Shown here: piece by piece, positions 56,508 through 64,000 of the stretch
How the letters are laid out: every line of letters begins with the position of its first letter
How positions within the stretch are numbered: position 1 is the stretch's first letter
Source of the DNA: a virus
IMG/VR virus record: IMGVR_UViG_3300031873_000004
Coordinates: 1-64,000 of that record
DNA length: 64,000 nt
Direction: 5' to 3' (one strand)
Program-made: the position numbers and the translations under genes
Notes under the pieces: model-generated
What the model was told of the DNA's origin: nothing
Seen by the model: only the letters and a program-made list of their open reading frames with translations
Databases searched by the model: none

Positions 56508-57613
56508 TGGCATTTTCAAGACCAACACTTCAGCAAATTATTGATCGCATAGCGGCGGACTTCGTATCGAAGATCACAGGCTCGCTCACGCTGGCTCTTC
56601 GCTCCGTGCTGCTCATCATGGCAAGGGCGTATGCAGGGGCTGTGCACTCACTTTACGGATACCTCGACAATCAGAGCAAGGAGCTGTTTGCCACGACCGC
56701 AACAGCTGATGCTGATGGTGGTAAGCTGGATACAATTGGGCTTGAATACGCGCTCCCTCGCAATGCTGCGGTGGCGGCATTCGGAACGATAGCCTGTACG
56801 GGCACGCCCGCAACGGTCATCCCGGCGGGAAGCGCTCTCAATTCAACCGCAGGCAATAGATATACCACGGATGCTATAGCAACGTTAGATGGCGCTGGAA
56901 ATACAACCGTGACAGTCACTTGCGATACAGCGGGAGTGGCCGGAAACGATAGTGCCGGAATCACGCTCACATTTGAATCGCCTATTGTAGGATTGACCTC
57001 AACTGCGACGGTGGATGCAAATGGACTTGTTGGCGGAGCTGATGTTGAAATAGATGACGATTATCGCGCTCGTATACTGGCGAGGAAGCAACTAGCCCCG
57101 CACGGAGGAGCGAAGCACGACCTCATCAACTGGATGCTGGAGGTCGATGGAGTGACTCGCGCATGGGCATATCCGCTATATCAAGGCGCGGGCACAGTGG
57201 CTCTTCACTTTGTGCTGGATGCTCAGTTGCCGATCACCCCAACCGCATCTCAAGTCACGTCGATGGTATCTTATTTGACTGAACATACAGGAAGCGAAGG
57301 TCAGGTATGGGGCGTGGCGGTCACAATGCTTCCTGGAATGTTTGTTGGTCCGCCAGTTCTCAAAAATATTGACATGAACATCAAAATAAAGCCAAATACG
57401 GCCGCAGTGCAAGCAGCCGTGACGACTGCCATTGATGATTATTTGTATCAGTATGGAGTGCCAGATGGAGTCATATACCTGTCACAGCTTGGGCAAGCTA
57501 TCGCAGCTTCCGCAGATTTAACCGTTCACCAGGTGACCATTCCTGCGACCGATGTAACCTTATTATATAATGAGTTGGCTGTACGCGGCATAATCACATG
57601 GAGCACATACTAA
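56507..57613 (+). CDS. Baseplate J/Mu gp47-like protein
   Basis: RPTL, GGAD.E.D..YR.R, PHGG. Confidence 0.92.
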   Translation: MAFSRPTLQQIIDRIAADFVSKITGSLTLALRSVLLIMARAYAGAVHSLYGYLDNQSKELFATTATADADGGKLDTIGLEYALPRNAAVAAFGTIACTGTPATVIPAGSALNSTAGNRYTTDAIATLDGAGNTTVTVTCDTAGVAGNDSAGITLTFESPIVGLTSTATVDANGLVGGADVEIDDDYRARILARKQLAPHGGAKHDLINWMLEVDGVTRAWAYPLYQGAGTVALHFVLDAQLPITPTASQVTSMVSYLTEHTGSEGQVWGVAVTMLPGMFVGPPVLKNIDMNIKIKPNTAAVQAAVTTAIDDYLYQYGVPDGVIYLSQLGQAIAASADLTVHQVTIPATDVTLLYNELAVRGIITWSTY

Positions 57614-58345
57614 ATGGCTCGTGACTGGAATTCATACTATAGACTGATACGCTCTTTGTTCCCGCGAGGACGTGCGTGGAACATAGACAGTGGGGTGATG
57701 AAGGAGCTTGTGCAAGGGAAAGCGGTTGAACTTGCGCGGGTGGATGCGCGGGTGGATGCTCTATTGCTCGAACGAAGCACGCTTACAGCAACCGAACTAC
57801 TTGAAGAGTTTGAGACCGAGTTTGGGTTGCCTGACGGGTGCATCGACCCGTCGACATACACAACGGCTGAACGCAGAGCAACGCTGAACACCAAACTCAA
57901 ATCACTCGGTGGGTTGCGTCCGAATTATTACATAGCTCTTGCCGAATCGCTTGGCTATACAGGTGTGACAATAACCGAATACACTCCGTTCTGGTGCGGG
58001 CTCGGAGTAAGTGGCGATCCGTGCGGCGACCAGGAGACAATATTTTACTGGACGCTCAAATGGACATATGACTTGACGAAGCCGCTGCAAGACGGATGGG
58101 ATTTGGAATGTCTCGTCAATCGTTATAAACCGGCACATACGGTGGTTATAGTACTGATGACTGGACCGCCATTCAGCAACGCATTCAGCAACGCGTTTTA
58201 CGCAATGCCTGCAGTGAGCTTGCTTGGCGGAGCATTCAGCTTAGAATTTGACAATGCGTTTGATGTGAATTATGGAGGCGGATTCGATTCAGTTGCATTC
58301 GCTGATGCGTTTGCAAAACCAGGCGGTCAATATTTTGGATATTAA
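57614..58345 (+). CDS. Mu gp48/DUF2313-like baseplate protein with FxxxF-repeat tail
   Basis: P.G.AW, GLPD.C, LEC...KPAHT. Confidence 0.9.
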   Translation: MARDWNSYYRLIRSLFPRGRAWNIDSGVMKELVQGKAVELARVDARVDALLLERSTLTATELLEEFETEFGLPDGCIDPSTYTTAERRATLNTKLKSLGGLRPNYYIALAESLGYTGVTITEYTPFWCGLGVSGDPCGDQETIFYWTLKWTYDLTKPLQDGWDLECLVNRYKPAHTVVIVLMTGPPFSNAFSNAFYAMPAVSLLGGAFSLEFDNAFDVNYGGGFDSVAFADAFAKPGGQYFGY

Positions 58346-58359
58346 AAGGAGGTAGTAAG

Positions 58360-58941
58360 ATGCCGGATACACAAAGAACAAGGGCAGCACTGCTCGCACT
58401 CATGGCAGACAATGCAGTGGGTAACATTTCCGCTCAGGATTTCAGGGACTTCATGGTCACGGTGATGAACACCGAATTTGTCAACACGGGTGACTTCTGG
58501 GCTCAGCCTTCTGCTGATGCACTCACCACAGATCAGTCGATCCGTGGGTGGATTCAGTATTCGCAGATCATCGCATCGCAAGGTATCAGCTTCGGGCGAG
58601 TACTGTTCTTGACACCGAGTGGCTGGAAACCCGCAGGTGCAAGCGCTACAGCCGATCACGCAGGTGTTCTGGGAGTAGCTGGCGGTAACTATGCCTCGAT
58701 GGAATCACAGGCTCAAATCCTGCGCAGAGGGTTGGTATTCAATATGAGCGCATCGCTTGCATTGAGCGCACGCATAGGCGGATACGTCTATCTCGGCTCC
58801 GGGGTCACAGGTAGCATTGCATCGGCAGCGGTGGCGAGCAACGTGGTTGTCGGATGCGTCGAGCTGAGTGCTGTCGGGGATGGCGGACTGACGAGCTACA
58901 AGTGGCGCTTTGAGCCTATGTGGGGCGTGACGTCTGCATAA
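58360..58941 (+). CDS. Hypothetical fiber/decoration protein
   Basis: DN..G.ISAQD.RD N-terminus; capsid-cement-like C-terminus. Confidence 0.6.
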   Translation: MPDTQRTRAALLALMADNAVGNISAQDFRDFMVTVMNTEFVNTGDFWAQPSADALTTDQSIRGWIQYSQIIASQGISFGRVLFLTPSGWKPAGASATADHAGVLGVAGGNYASMESQAQILRRGLVFNMSASLALSARIGGYVYLGSGVTGSIASAAVASNVVVGCVELSAVGDGGLTSYKWRFEPMWGVTSA

Positions 58942-59001
58942 GCAAATACAGCCGGGTACGCTCGCATAGGTGCTCGGCATTTCTTGCAAGAGGTGAGCTG
59001 A

Positions 59002-60084
59002 ATGGATAGAACAAACGGTGCGAATAATATCAACGTGGGCGGCAAGCGCAAGTTTACAGACGGACCTCCTGGGACGTGCGTTGAAGAGGGTTTCCTGAAC
59101 GGTGTGCAGGAAGAGATAATGGCTGTGATCGAGGGTGCGGGACTTGTGCCCGACGCCAATGTCAACACTCAGCTCCGTGACAGCATCTTCGCTACCGTCT
59201 CCGGTGGTGGGTTCTTCAACGTGCCAGCTATAGGCTTGAGCATAGGTTCGGGCGGACTCGGCGCATATACCAGCGGCGGCAACTCTGTGATGGATGGCGA
59301 GTATCACTTCACCGACTTCACCTTGCAGAGTGCGCATCAGCTCAGCGTGGGCTCAACTGGCATTCTCATTATTCGCTGCACGGGGACGGCGACGATCAAC
59401 GGTAGTGTGAACGGTGCGGGAACTGTTGGGGCAAGTGGATCAACCGCCGGACTTCCTTATGGTAGTGGGGGTCATGGTGGAGGTGGGGGTGGTGCCGGAG
59501 GTTACGGAGCTGGTGGAAGTGGAGGGATTCCTCTATCTGTTAATTATGCGGGTAATGCTGGTGGATTTTGGTCTGCTGGTTCGGGAACCAACAACGGCGG
59601 AACCGCTGGTTCAGGAAAAACAAACCCACTACTTTTACGATTCCATGCGGGAATCATGGGAGGAAGTGGCGGTTCTAATTTGGGATCATGTGGTCAGCCC
59701 GGTGGTAGTTTAGTGAACGTTACAGAATGGACAATATGTAATTTTATTTCAATGAATGTTTTATTCGGAGGAGGAGGAGGCGGTGGGGGAAGTCCGACGG
59801 CCGGACTCGGTGGTCCAAGTGGAGGCGGTGGGGGTGGAGGTGGTTCTTTTATATTGATTGTTGCCCCTTCGATATTAGGTGCAGGATCAGTTAATTCTAA
59901 TGGTGGATATGGTGGTAGCTCTACGAGTGGTGCCGGAGGAGGAGGAGGAGGGGGAGGCGTTGCTATAACCGTATCGAAAAATACGCCGTCAATTTCAATC
60001 TCTGCGGTAGGTGGCTCGGCAGGGTCAGGATCATTCGTCGGTAGTGCGGGATCGAATGGATTTGGAAAAAGTTACCACCCTTGA
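59002..60084 (+). CDS. Tail fiber with Mu-type N-terminus and glycine-rich body
   Basis: MDR...FTDG...LN.VQEE...IE.AG.; poly-Gly segments. Confidence 0.8.
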   Translation: MDRTNGANNINVGGKRKFTDGPPGTCVEEGFLNGVQEEIMAVIEGAGLVPDANVNTQLRDSIFATVSGGGFFNVPAIGLSIGSGGLGAYTSGGNSVMDGEYHFTDFTLQSAHQLSVGSTGILIIRCTGTATINGSVNGAGTVGASGSTAGLPYGSGGHGGGGGGAGGYGAGGSGGIPLSVNYAGNAGGFWSAGSGTNNGGTAGSGKTNPLLLRFHAGIMGGSGGSNLGSCGQPGGSLVNVTEWTICNFISMNVLFGGGGGGGGSPTAGLGGPSGGGGGGGGSFILIVAPSILGAGSVNSNGGYGGSSTSGAGGGGGGGGVAITVSKNTPSISISAVGGSAGSGSFVGSAGSNGFGKSYHP

Positions 60085-60085
60085 T

Positions 60086-60508
60086 TTATATAGAACTGCA
60101 TTTGTGTAAATAATCTGTTTTATGATCAGCGTCCAATTTGCCAGTTATCCAATGTACTATTTCGTGATTTACTGCGAGAGAATACAGAGGTATGAGATCA
60201 TGAGTATAGATTGGTGACTGGACTTGAGTATCGATTGATACAAATAATATATCTGCATAGATACATCCATAAGTGTTTGGATTATTTTCATTACACCAGA
60301 ACAGAGTATCTACAATAACAAAGTACGGGTCGCCCTCACGGGCGTACCCGTACTCTTTCATACACGCCTGCACGCTTGCCACCTGCTCGGTAAGCGCGGC
60401 GTCCTGACTTGCATACCCCTCCCACAGTATAGCATTCCATCCGTGCGGCGTGTTGTCTTGCTGCCCGCATCCTGCAATTAGCATAATCGCTATCAACAAA
60501 ACTCTCAT
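60086..60508 (-). CDS. Lipoprotein with HExxH motif
   Basis: Lipobox LIAG-C; NHEIVHW. Confidence 0.7.
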   Translation of the reverse strand: MRVLLIAIMLIAGCGQQDNTPHGWNAILWEGYASQDAALTEQVASVQACMKEYGYAREGDPYFVIVDTLFWCNENNPNTYGCIYADILFVSIDTQVQSPIYTHDLIPLYSLAVNHEIVHWITGKLDADHKTDYLHKCSSI

Positions 60509-60595
60509 TTCACAGCCCTCTCACCCGCCCACGCACTCCTCCCGCAGCACGAGTGCTACGCAGACGAATATCACTACGATGAGTATTCGCATAGT

Positions 60596-60841
60596 CTATC
60601 CTTGACCATAGCCAGAGCCATAGCCATAGCCATAGCCATCGCCAGAGCCATAGCCATAGCCATAGCCATAGCCAGAGCCATGGCCATAGCCAGAGCCATC
60701 GCCATAGCCAGAGCCAGAGCCAGAGCCAGAGCCATAGCCATAGCCATCGCTAGAGCCAGAGCCATCGCCATAGCCATCGCCATAGCCAGAGCCATCGCCA
60801 TAGCCAGAGCCATAGCCATCGCTAGACGTTACTGTTTCCAT
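60596..60841 (-). CDS. Gly-X (X=Y/S/D/H) dipeptide-repeat peptide
   Basis: ATG overlaps the upstream gene by 13 nt; (GGC NNT)n. Confidence 0.65.
   Translation of the reverse strand: METVTSSDGYGSGYGDGSGYGDGYGDGSGSSDGYGYGSGSGSGSGYGDGSGYGHGSGYGYGYGYGSGDGYGYGYGSGYGQG
60605..60824 (-). repeat. Hexamer tandem repeat GGC-TAT/TCT/GAT, ~36 units
   Basis: Plus strand gccata/gccaga/gccatc units. Confidence 0.95.
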
Positions 60842-61200
60842 ATCTCAACCCCGTTGATTGATTTTACAGCCTTTGCAGAGCATTTGTCGATTTCGATCAC
60901 TTCCGTTAAAATCAACTCAGCAACCGCAACCGGAAATTTGCACTCTTTCGGTTTACTCGTCCCTTCCATCGCAAGCTGTGAGAGACTTGCCGCACCTGCC
61001 CACATCCACAACCGCCGAGCATTTGTCATCTCAACTTCTTTCCCGTTGCGGGACTTGATGTGCCCGAAGAACACACCAGCTGAGTTAGTGCGCACGATGT
61101 AATAATCCGCGCTCATTTCGGGCTGCTCCTTTATCAAGTCCTTCCTGATATATTCAGCTTCACTTCCGTCTTCGTTCTTCAACATAACAGAATGTAACAT
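60829..61200 (-). CDS. Sm/SH3-like protein (DUF6948-like), paralog of 113..454
   Basis: YIVRT.SAGVFFG...EV...NARRLW.W.GA.SLS..A..G; GGAGG RBS. Confidence 0.8.
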   Translation of the reverse strand: MLHSVMLKNEDGSEAEYIRKDLIKEQPEMSADYYIVRTNSAGVFFGHIKSRNGKEVEMTNARRLWMWAGAASLSQLAMEGTSKPKECKFPVAVAELILTEVIEIDKCSAKAVKSINGVEIWKQ

Positions 61201-61236
61201 TTTTATCCTCCCGTGAATTATTTACCTTCTTGACTT

Positions 61237-61262
61237 ATTATACTAGACTCACGTCGTTTAGT
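61237..61262 (-). promoter_or_regulatory. Putative middle promoter, near-identical to 473..498
   Basis: TCATAACTAAACGACGTGAGT-CTA-GTATAATA. Confidence 0.8.
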
Positions 61263-61282
61263 TATGACGATTTGAAAATAAT

Positions 61283-63898
61283 TTACAACTCATCCCAGAC
61301 AGCTCCGTTGTCATGCGGAAACTTCTCTATATACTGAGCAAGCGCTTCATGTGCCCTATCGTCAAGCCCAGCACGTTTCAGGATGGACGCATAGGTTAGG
61401 AGGAAGTGGTCAAACTCCGTACTGTTGGACATTGCTTCGCTTATCCACTTCAATCCCTCCTGCAAGTCAGCCACAGGATCGTTGTCAGCCCAGAGCTTGA
61501 CGAGTACCTGGCCGTACTCGAACTTAAAGCGATGGACTTCCTGAAAATCCTCCACCAACGACTTGTACTCAGCCGCCGCCAGGACCAAATTATCAAGCAT
61601 GTTATATGCCGATGCGATGCCCCAGCGAGCTTCTTGACGGGTAGGAATTAACTCCTTTGCCTTCTTCAGCAACTCCATCGCCTCGCTGAACTTTTTACCA
61701 TCGCGTCCAAGCTCAAGTGCTTCGTCTATGAGGTCGAGATACTCCGGGATTTTATTGCGATTGAGAGATAGATCAACCTCGTAAACGTCCTTTGCCTTCT
61801 CAATTGCATCCGTACGCATGATAATTGACCTATCAATTATATCGGCAGCATGTTTCATGATCAAAGCATCGGGTCGAGGTGCTTGTTTCATTGTCCGACA
61901 CGCTTCAAGATATGGTTTGGCGAATGCACCTGTGCTCAAATAGTGCTCAGCGTCATCTAAGCTCGGTGCATCGGGATCGCCAATCGAATCGAGTATTCCG
62001 GACTTCCCCTGACCGTACTCAATGAGCGTATTGCGAGTCTCCTCGTAAGTTGCTTTCAGGTCCTTTGCGGCATCACGAGCGGCCTTCAGGATTATCTCGT
62101 TGCGGTCAAGCCTGATGTCTCGCTCCTTCTTAAACTTCTTGGTGGCAAGCAACTGCGCATCAGCCTCCACGTTGAGCGCCCGTCCCTGAATAGCTCGGCT
62201 TGCTCCGTATATGGCAAGCGATACTGTCGGCATACGCTTAGCGGCTTCATACGCCACCGTGCTGTGTTTAGCATTTTCGTGAAATAGCTTCATCAGCTTT
62301 TTCTGACTGGTCGTGTTCCTCAATTTCATCACGGTCTTGAGTCCCAGTTCAGCGTGCTCGATAATGAGCTTGAGCAGTTTCAAGTCAGTAGTGAGCAGCG
62401 GGAGCAATCGCTGAATGGTCGCGTCGGCATTCGGGTCGAGATTGAGCAGAGGCTTGAGCACTGATTTGTCTATTGGTGCAATGGCATGTTTAGCAAGGGC
62501 ATCTGACAGGAACATACGCTTGGCCCCGCGCTTCCTCGCGCCACCCTCCGTACAGTCGATAGTCTCGGTATCTTTGAACGCTTCAATGAGTCGCTCAAAC
62601 GCTGTGATAAACGTCATCAACCCTGTGTTCGTGAGCACTGAATCACCCCACCACCCTGCAACATAGGTCTCAGGCCCCATGCCGATGTCGGTGCGGGCGT
62701 GAAGCGTCTTGCTTCGCGGATCGTCAACCACCCATTTGATCTGACCGTCAACCACAGTAATGTGACCAGCACTATCCGCTTGCATGAAATGGCTGGTCGT
62801 GCCGAGGGCTAGGTTCATTCCGACGAACATCACAGGCGAGCATCCCATATGAGCGCAGAGCGAGTACGCCATATGAGCGACCGAGCCGCCCTGTGCCAGC
62901 TCACCTTTATCTTTCAAGATACCGTGAGCAGTTTCGTCATATCCCTGATTGATTGACGCGCTAATGAACTTCGGACCCTTGTACGCCTTGAGTATAGGTG
63001 CGTACGTCTTGTTGATAGTGACCAGCGGTACGGTCTCGTCCATCAGTCCTGCGAGGTGGGTCATATTTACTTCACCGAAATCTACTGTACAAATGAAGTC
63101 TGGTGTGATGCCATAGGCGAGAAGAGGTCGGAGTGCCTGTGCTACTGCAACAATAATAACCTTGTCTTGTGTCTCTTTGAGCAGATGGATGTTGCGATTG
63201 AGAGCTGGACCTGTGCCAACCATCACTGCAGGCTTTCCCTTGAATAAATCCTTGAGGTCGTTTACTCCTCGATGGCGGATGACATATGGTAGGGTGGCGA
63301 TGTCATTATCAGCAATCTTAGCTCCGGCGCTCACCACAGTCCCAGTATTGCACTGGATTGCGTTGAGCGACTCAATTGTGTACGTGCTCAGCTTCCAGTA
63401 TTCCGGTCGAGTGCGAGTGATGAGTTCGATCAACACTCCCCAGTCCTCAACTACCTTTGAACCCTCCATGAGCGAAAGGAGGAAGTCAACTTCGGCTTTA
63501 CCGGGAGCAATGAGTAGCGATTGATTTTTGATATACTCGGACAAATCATATTGTGCAAACATCAATCTCAGCATATGAGATATAGGCTCAACTGCAATCA
63601 CATGATGCCCTTTTTCCATTTTCTTGAGAAGTAAATTCAACGCATGACCGAGGCCCACGCCTATGAATACAGTGACTGTCTCTTTATCGGAGCGAACCAT
63701 GTCAGCAACGCACTGTGCATCTTTGAATGGGTCGGTCACATCGTATACCGGTAGTGGTCGCCCATTCTCGGTTATCCAGAGCTGATCACCCTCATTCCGT
63801 ATCCAATCCTCGGTTGCACCCTTCTCCAACCACTCGGCAAGTCCGGGGTGGGTTTCTTTGATTGCTACCATGTTTTTCTCGTATATTTCAGTGCTCAT
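61283..63898 (-). CDS. Maf (motility-associated factor/DUF115)-like glycosyltransferase with C-terminal TPRs
   Basis: YEKN...HP.LA, G.GLG, FKGKPAV.VG.GP.L, GI.PD, GGSV, GC.P..FVG.NLA, TEGGA. Confidence 0.85.
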   Translation of the reverse strand: MSTEIYEKNMVAIKETHPGLAEWLEKGATEDWIRNEGDQLWITENGRPLPVYDVTDPFKDAQCVADMVRSDKETVTVFIGVGLGHALNLLLKKMEKGHHVIAVEPISHMLRLMFAQYDLSEYIKNQSLLIAPGKAEVDFLLSLMEGSKVVEDWGVLIELITRTRPEYWKLSTYTIESLNAIQCNTGTVVSAGAKIADNDIATLPYVIRHRGVNDLKDLFKGKPAVMVGTGPALNRNIHLLKETQDKVIIVAVAQALRPLLAYGITPDFICTVDFGEVNMTHLAGLMDETVPLVTINKTYAPILKAYKGPKFISASINQGYDETAHGILKDKGELAQGGSVAHMAYSLCAHMGCSPVMFVGMNLALGTTSHFMQADSAGHITVVDGQIKWVVDDPRSKTLHARTDIGMGPETYVAGWWGDSVLTNTGLMTFITAFERLIEAFKDTETIDCTEGGARKRGAKRMFLSDALAKHAIAPIDKSVLKPLLNLDPNADATIQRLLPLLTTDLKLLKLIIEHAELGLKTVMKLRNTTSQKKLMKLFHENAKHSTVAYEAAKRMPTVSLAIYGASRAIQGRALNVEADAQLLATKKFKKERDIRLDRNEIILKAARDAAKDLKATYEETRNTLIEYGQGKSGILDSIGDPDAPSLDDAEHYLSTGAFAKPYLEACRTMKQAPRPDALIMKHAADIIDRSIIMRTDAIEKAKDVYEVDLSLNRNKIPEYLDLIDEALELGRDGKKFSEAMELLKKAKELIPTRQEARWGIASAYNMLDNLVLAAAEYKSLVEDFQEVHRFKFEYGQVLVKLWADNDPVADLQEGLKWISEAMSNSTEFDHFLLTYASILKRAGLDDRAHEALAQYIEKFPHDNGAVWDEL

Positions 63899-63911
63899 GA
63901 ACCCTCCAAAA

Positions 63912-63982
63912 CGCGATTTAAGCTACTTTGCCGACCTTGTCTATAGAAAGCCTCGTTCGAGCTATGAAAACGGCTTAAAAGC
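63912..63982 (-). repeat. 71-bp dispersed element, copy D
   Basis: Plus strand CGCGATTTAAGC-N17-CTATAGAAAGCCTCG-N19-TTAAAAGC. Confidence 0.85.
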
Positions 63983-64000
63983 GTGTTTCTGCTCGTTTGC

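Noticed and set aside
48941-58345. Mu-like transposable prophage, tailocin or eCIS
   Set aside because: No transposase; complete head, terminase and replication modules are present
59460-59960. GGA/GGT runs as G-quadruplex or regulatory repeat
   Set aside because: Explained by poly-Gly coding in the tail fiber
60574-61102. MAMALA... and IAIARA... ORFs
   Set aside because: Alternative frames of the hexamer repeat; the Gly-X frame has the coupled ATG, although the translated frame is not proven
1-64000. Alternative genetic code, tRNA genes, integrase/att site
   Set aside because: Core genes are intact in code 11 and use all three stop codons; no cloverleaf or recombinase recognised

Overview
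The window is most of a tailed dsDNA phage genome with an HK97-type head and a Mu-like contractile tail; no integrase, tRNA or CRISPR array is visible. A minus-strand arm (1-23.6 kb and 60.1-64 kb) carries replication, recombination and modification genes: RuvC, RecA, SSB, UvsY-like, DnaX-like clamp loader, PolB, beta clamp, DnaB-like helicase, initiator plus DnaC, primase, SNF2 helicase, ligase, a sigma-like factor, three DNA methyltransferases and a Maf-like glycosyltransferase. A plus-strand arm (23.7-60.1 kb) carries terminase, a 12-kb lysis/decoration island, portal, a cargo-like cassette, and head and tail genes. Best leads: (1) two paralogous Sm-like genes, each behind a near-identical promoter and each translationally coupled to a hexamer-repeat peptide, (Ser-X)n or (Gly-X)n; (2) a modular family of head-region proteins sharing leader, cleavage-like and GGPGSG/GRFG motifs with swapped payloads, around a bacterioferritin gene; (3) a 71-bp fixed-spacing element in four copies upstream of ribosome-binding sites; (4) a six-copy non-canonical promoter; (5) a split C5 methyltransferase that reads through a nested HNH gene. 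All family assignments come from motif recognition by eye, with no database searches.
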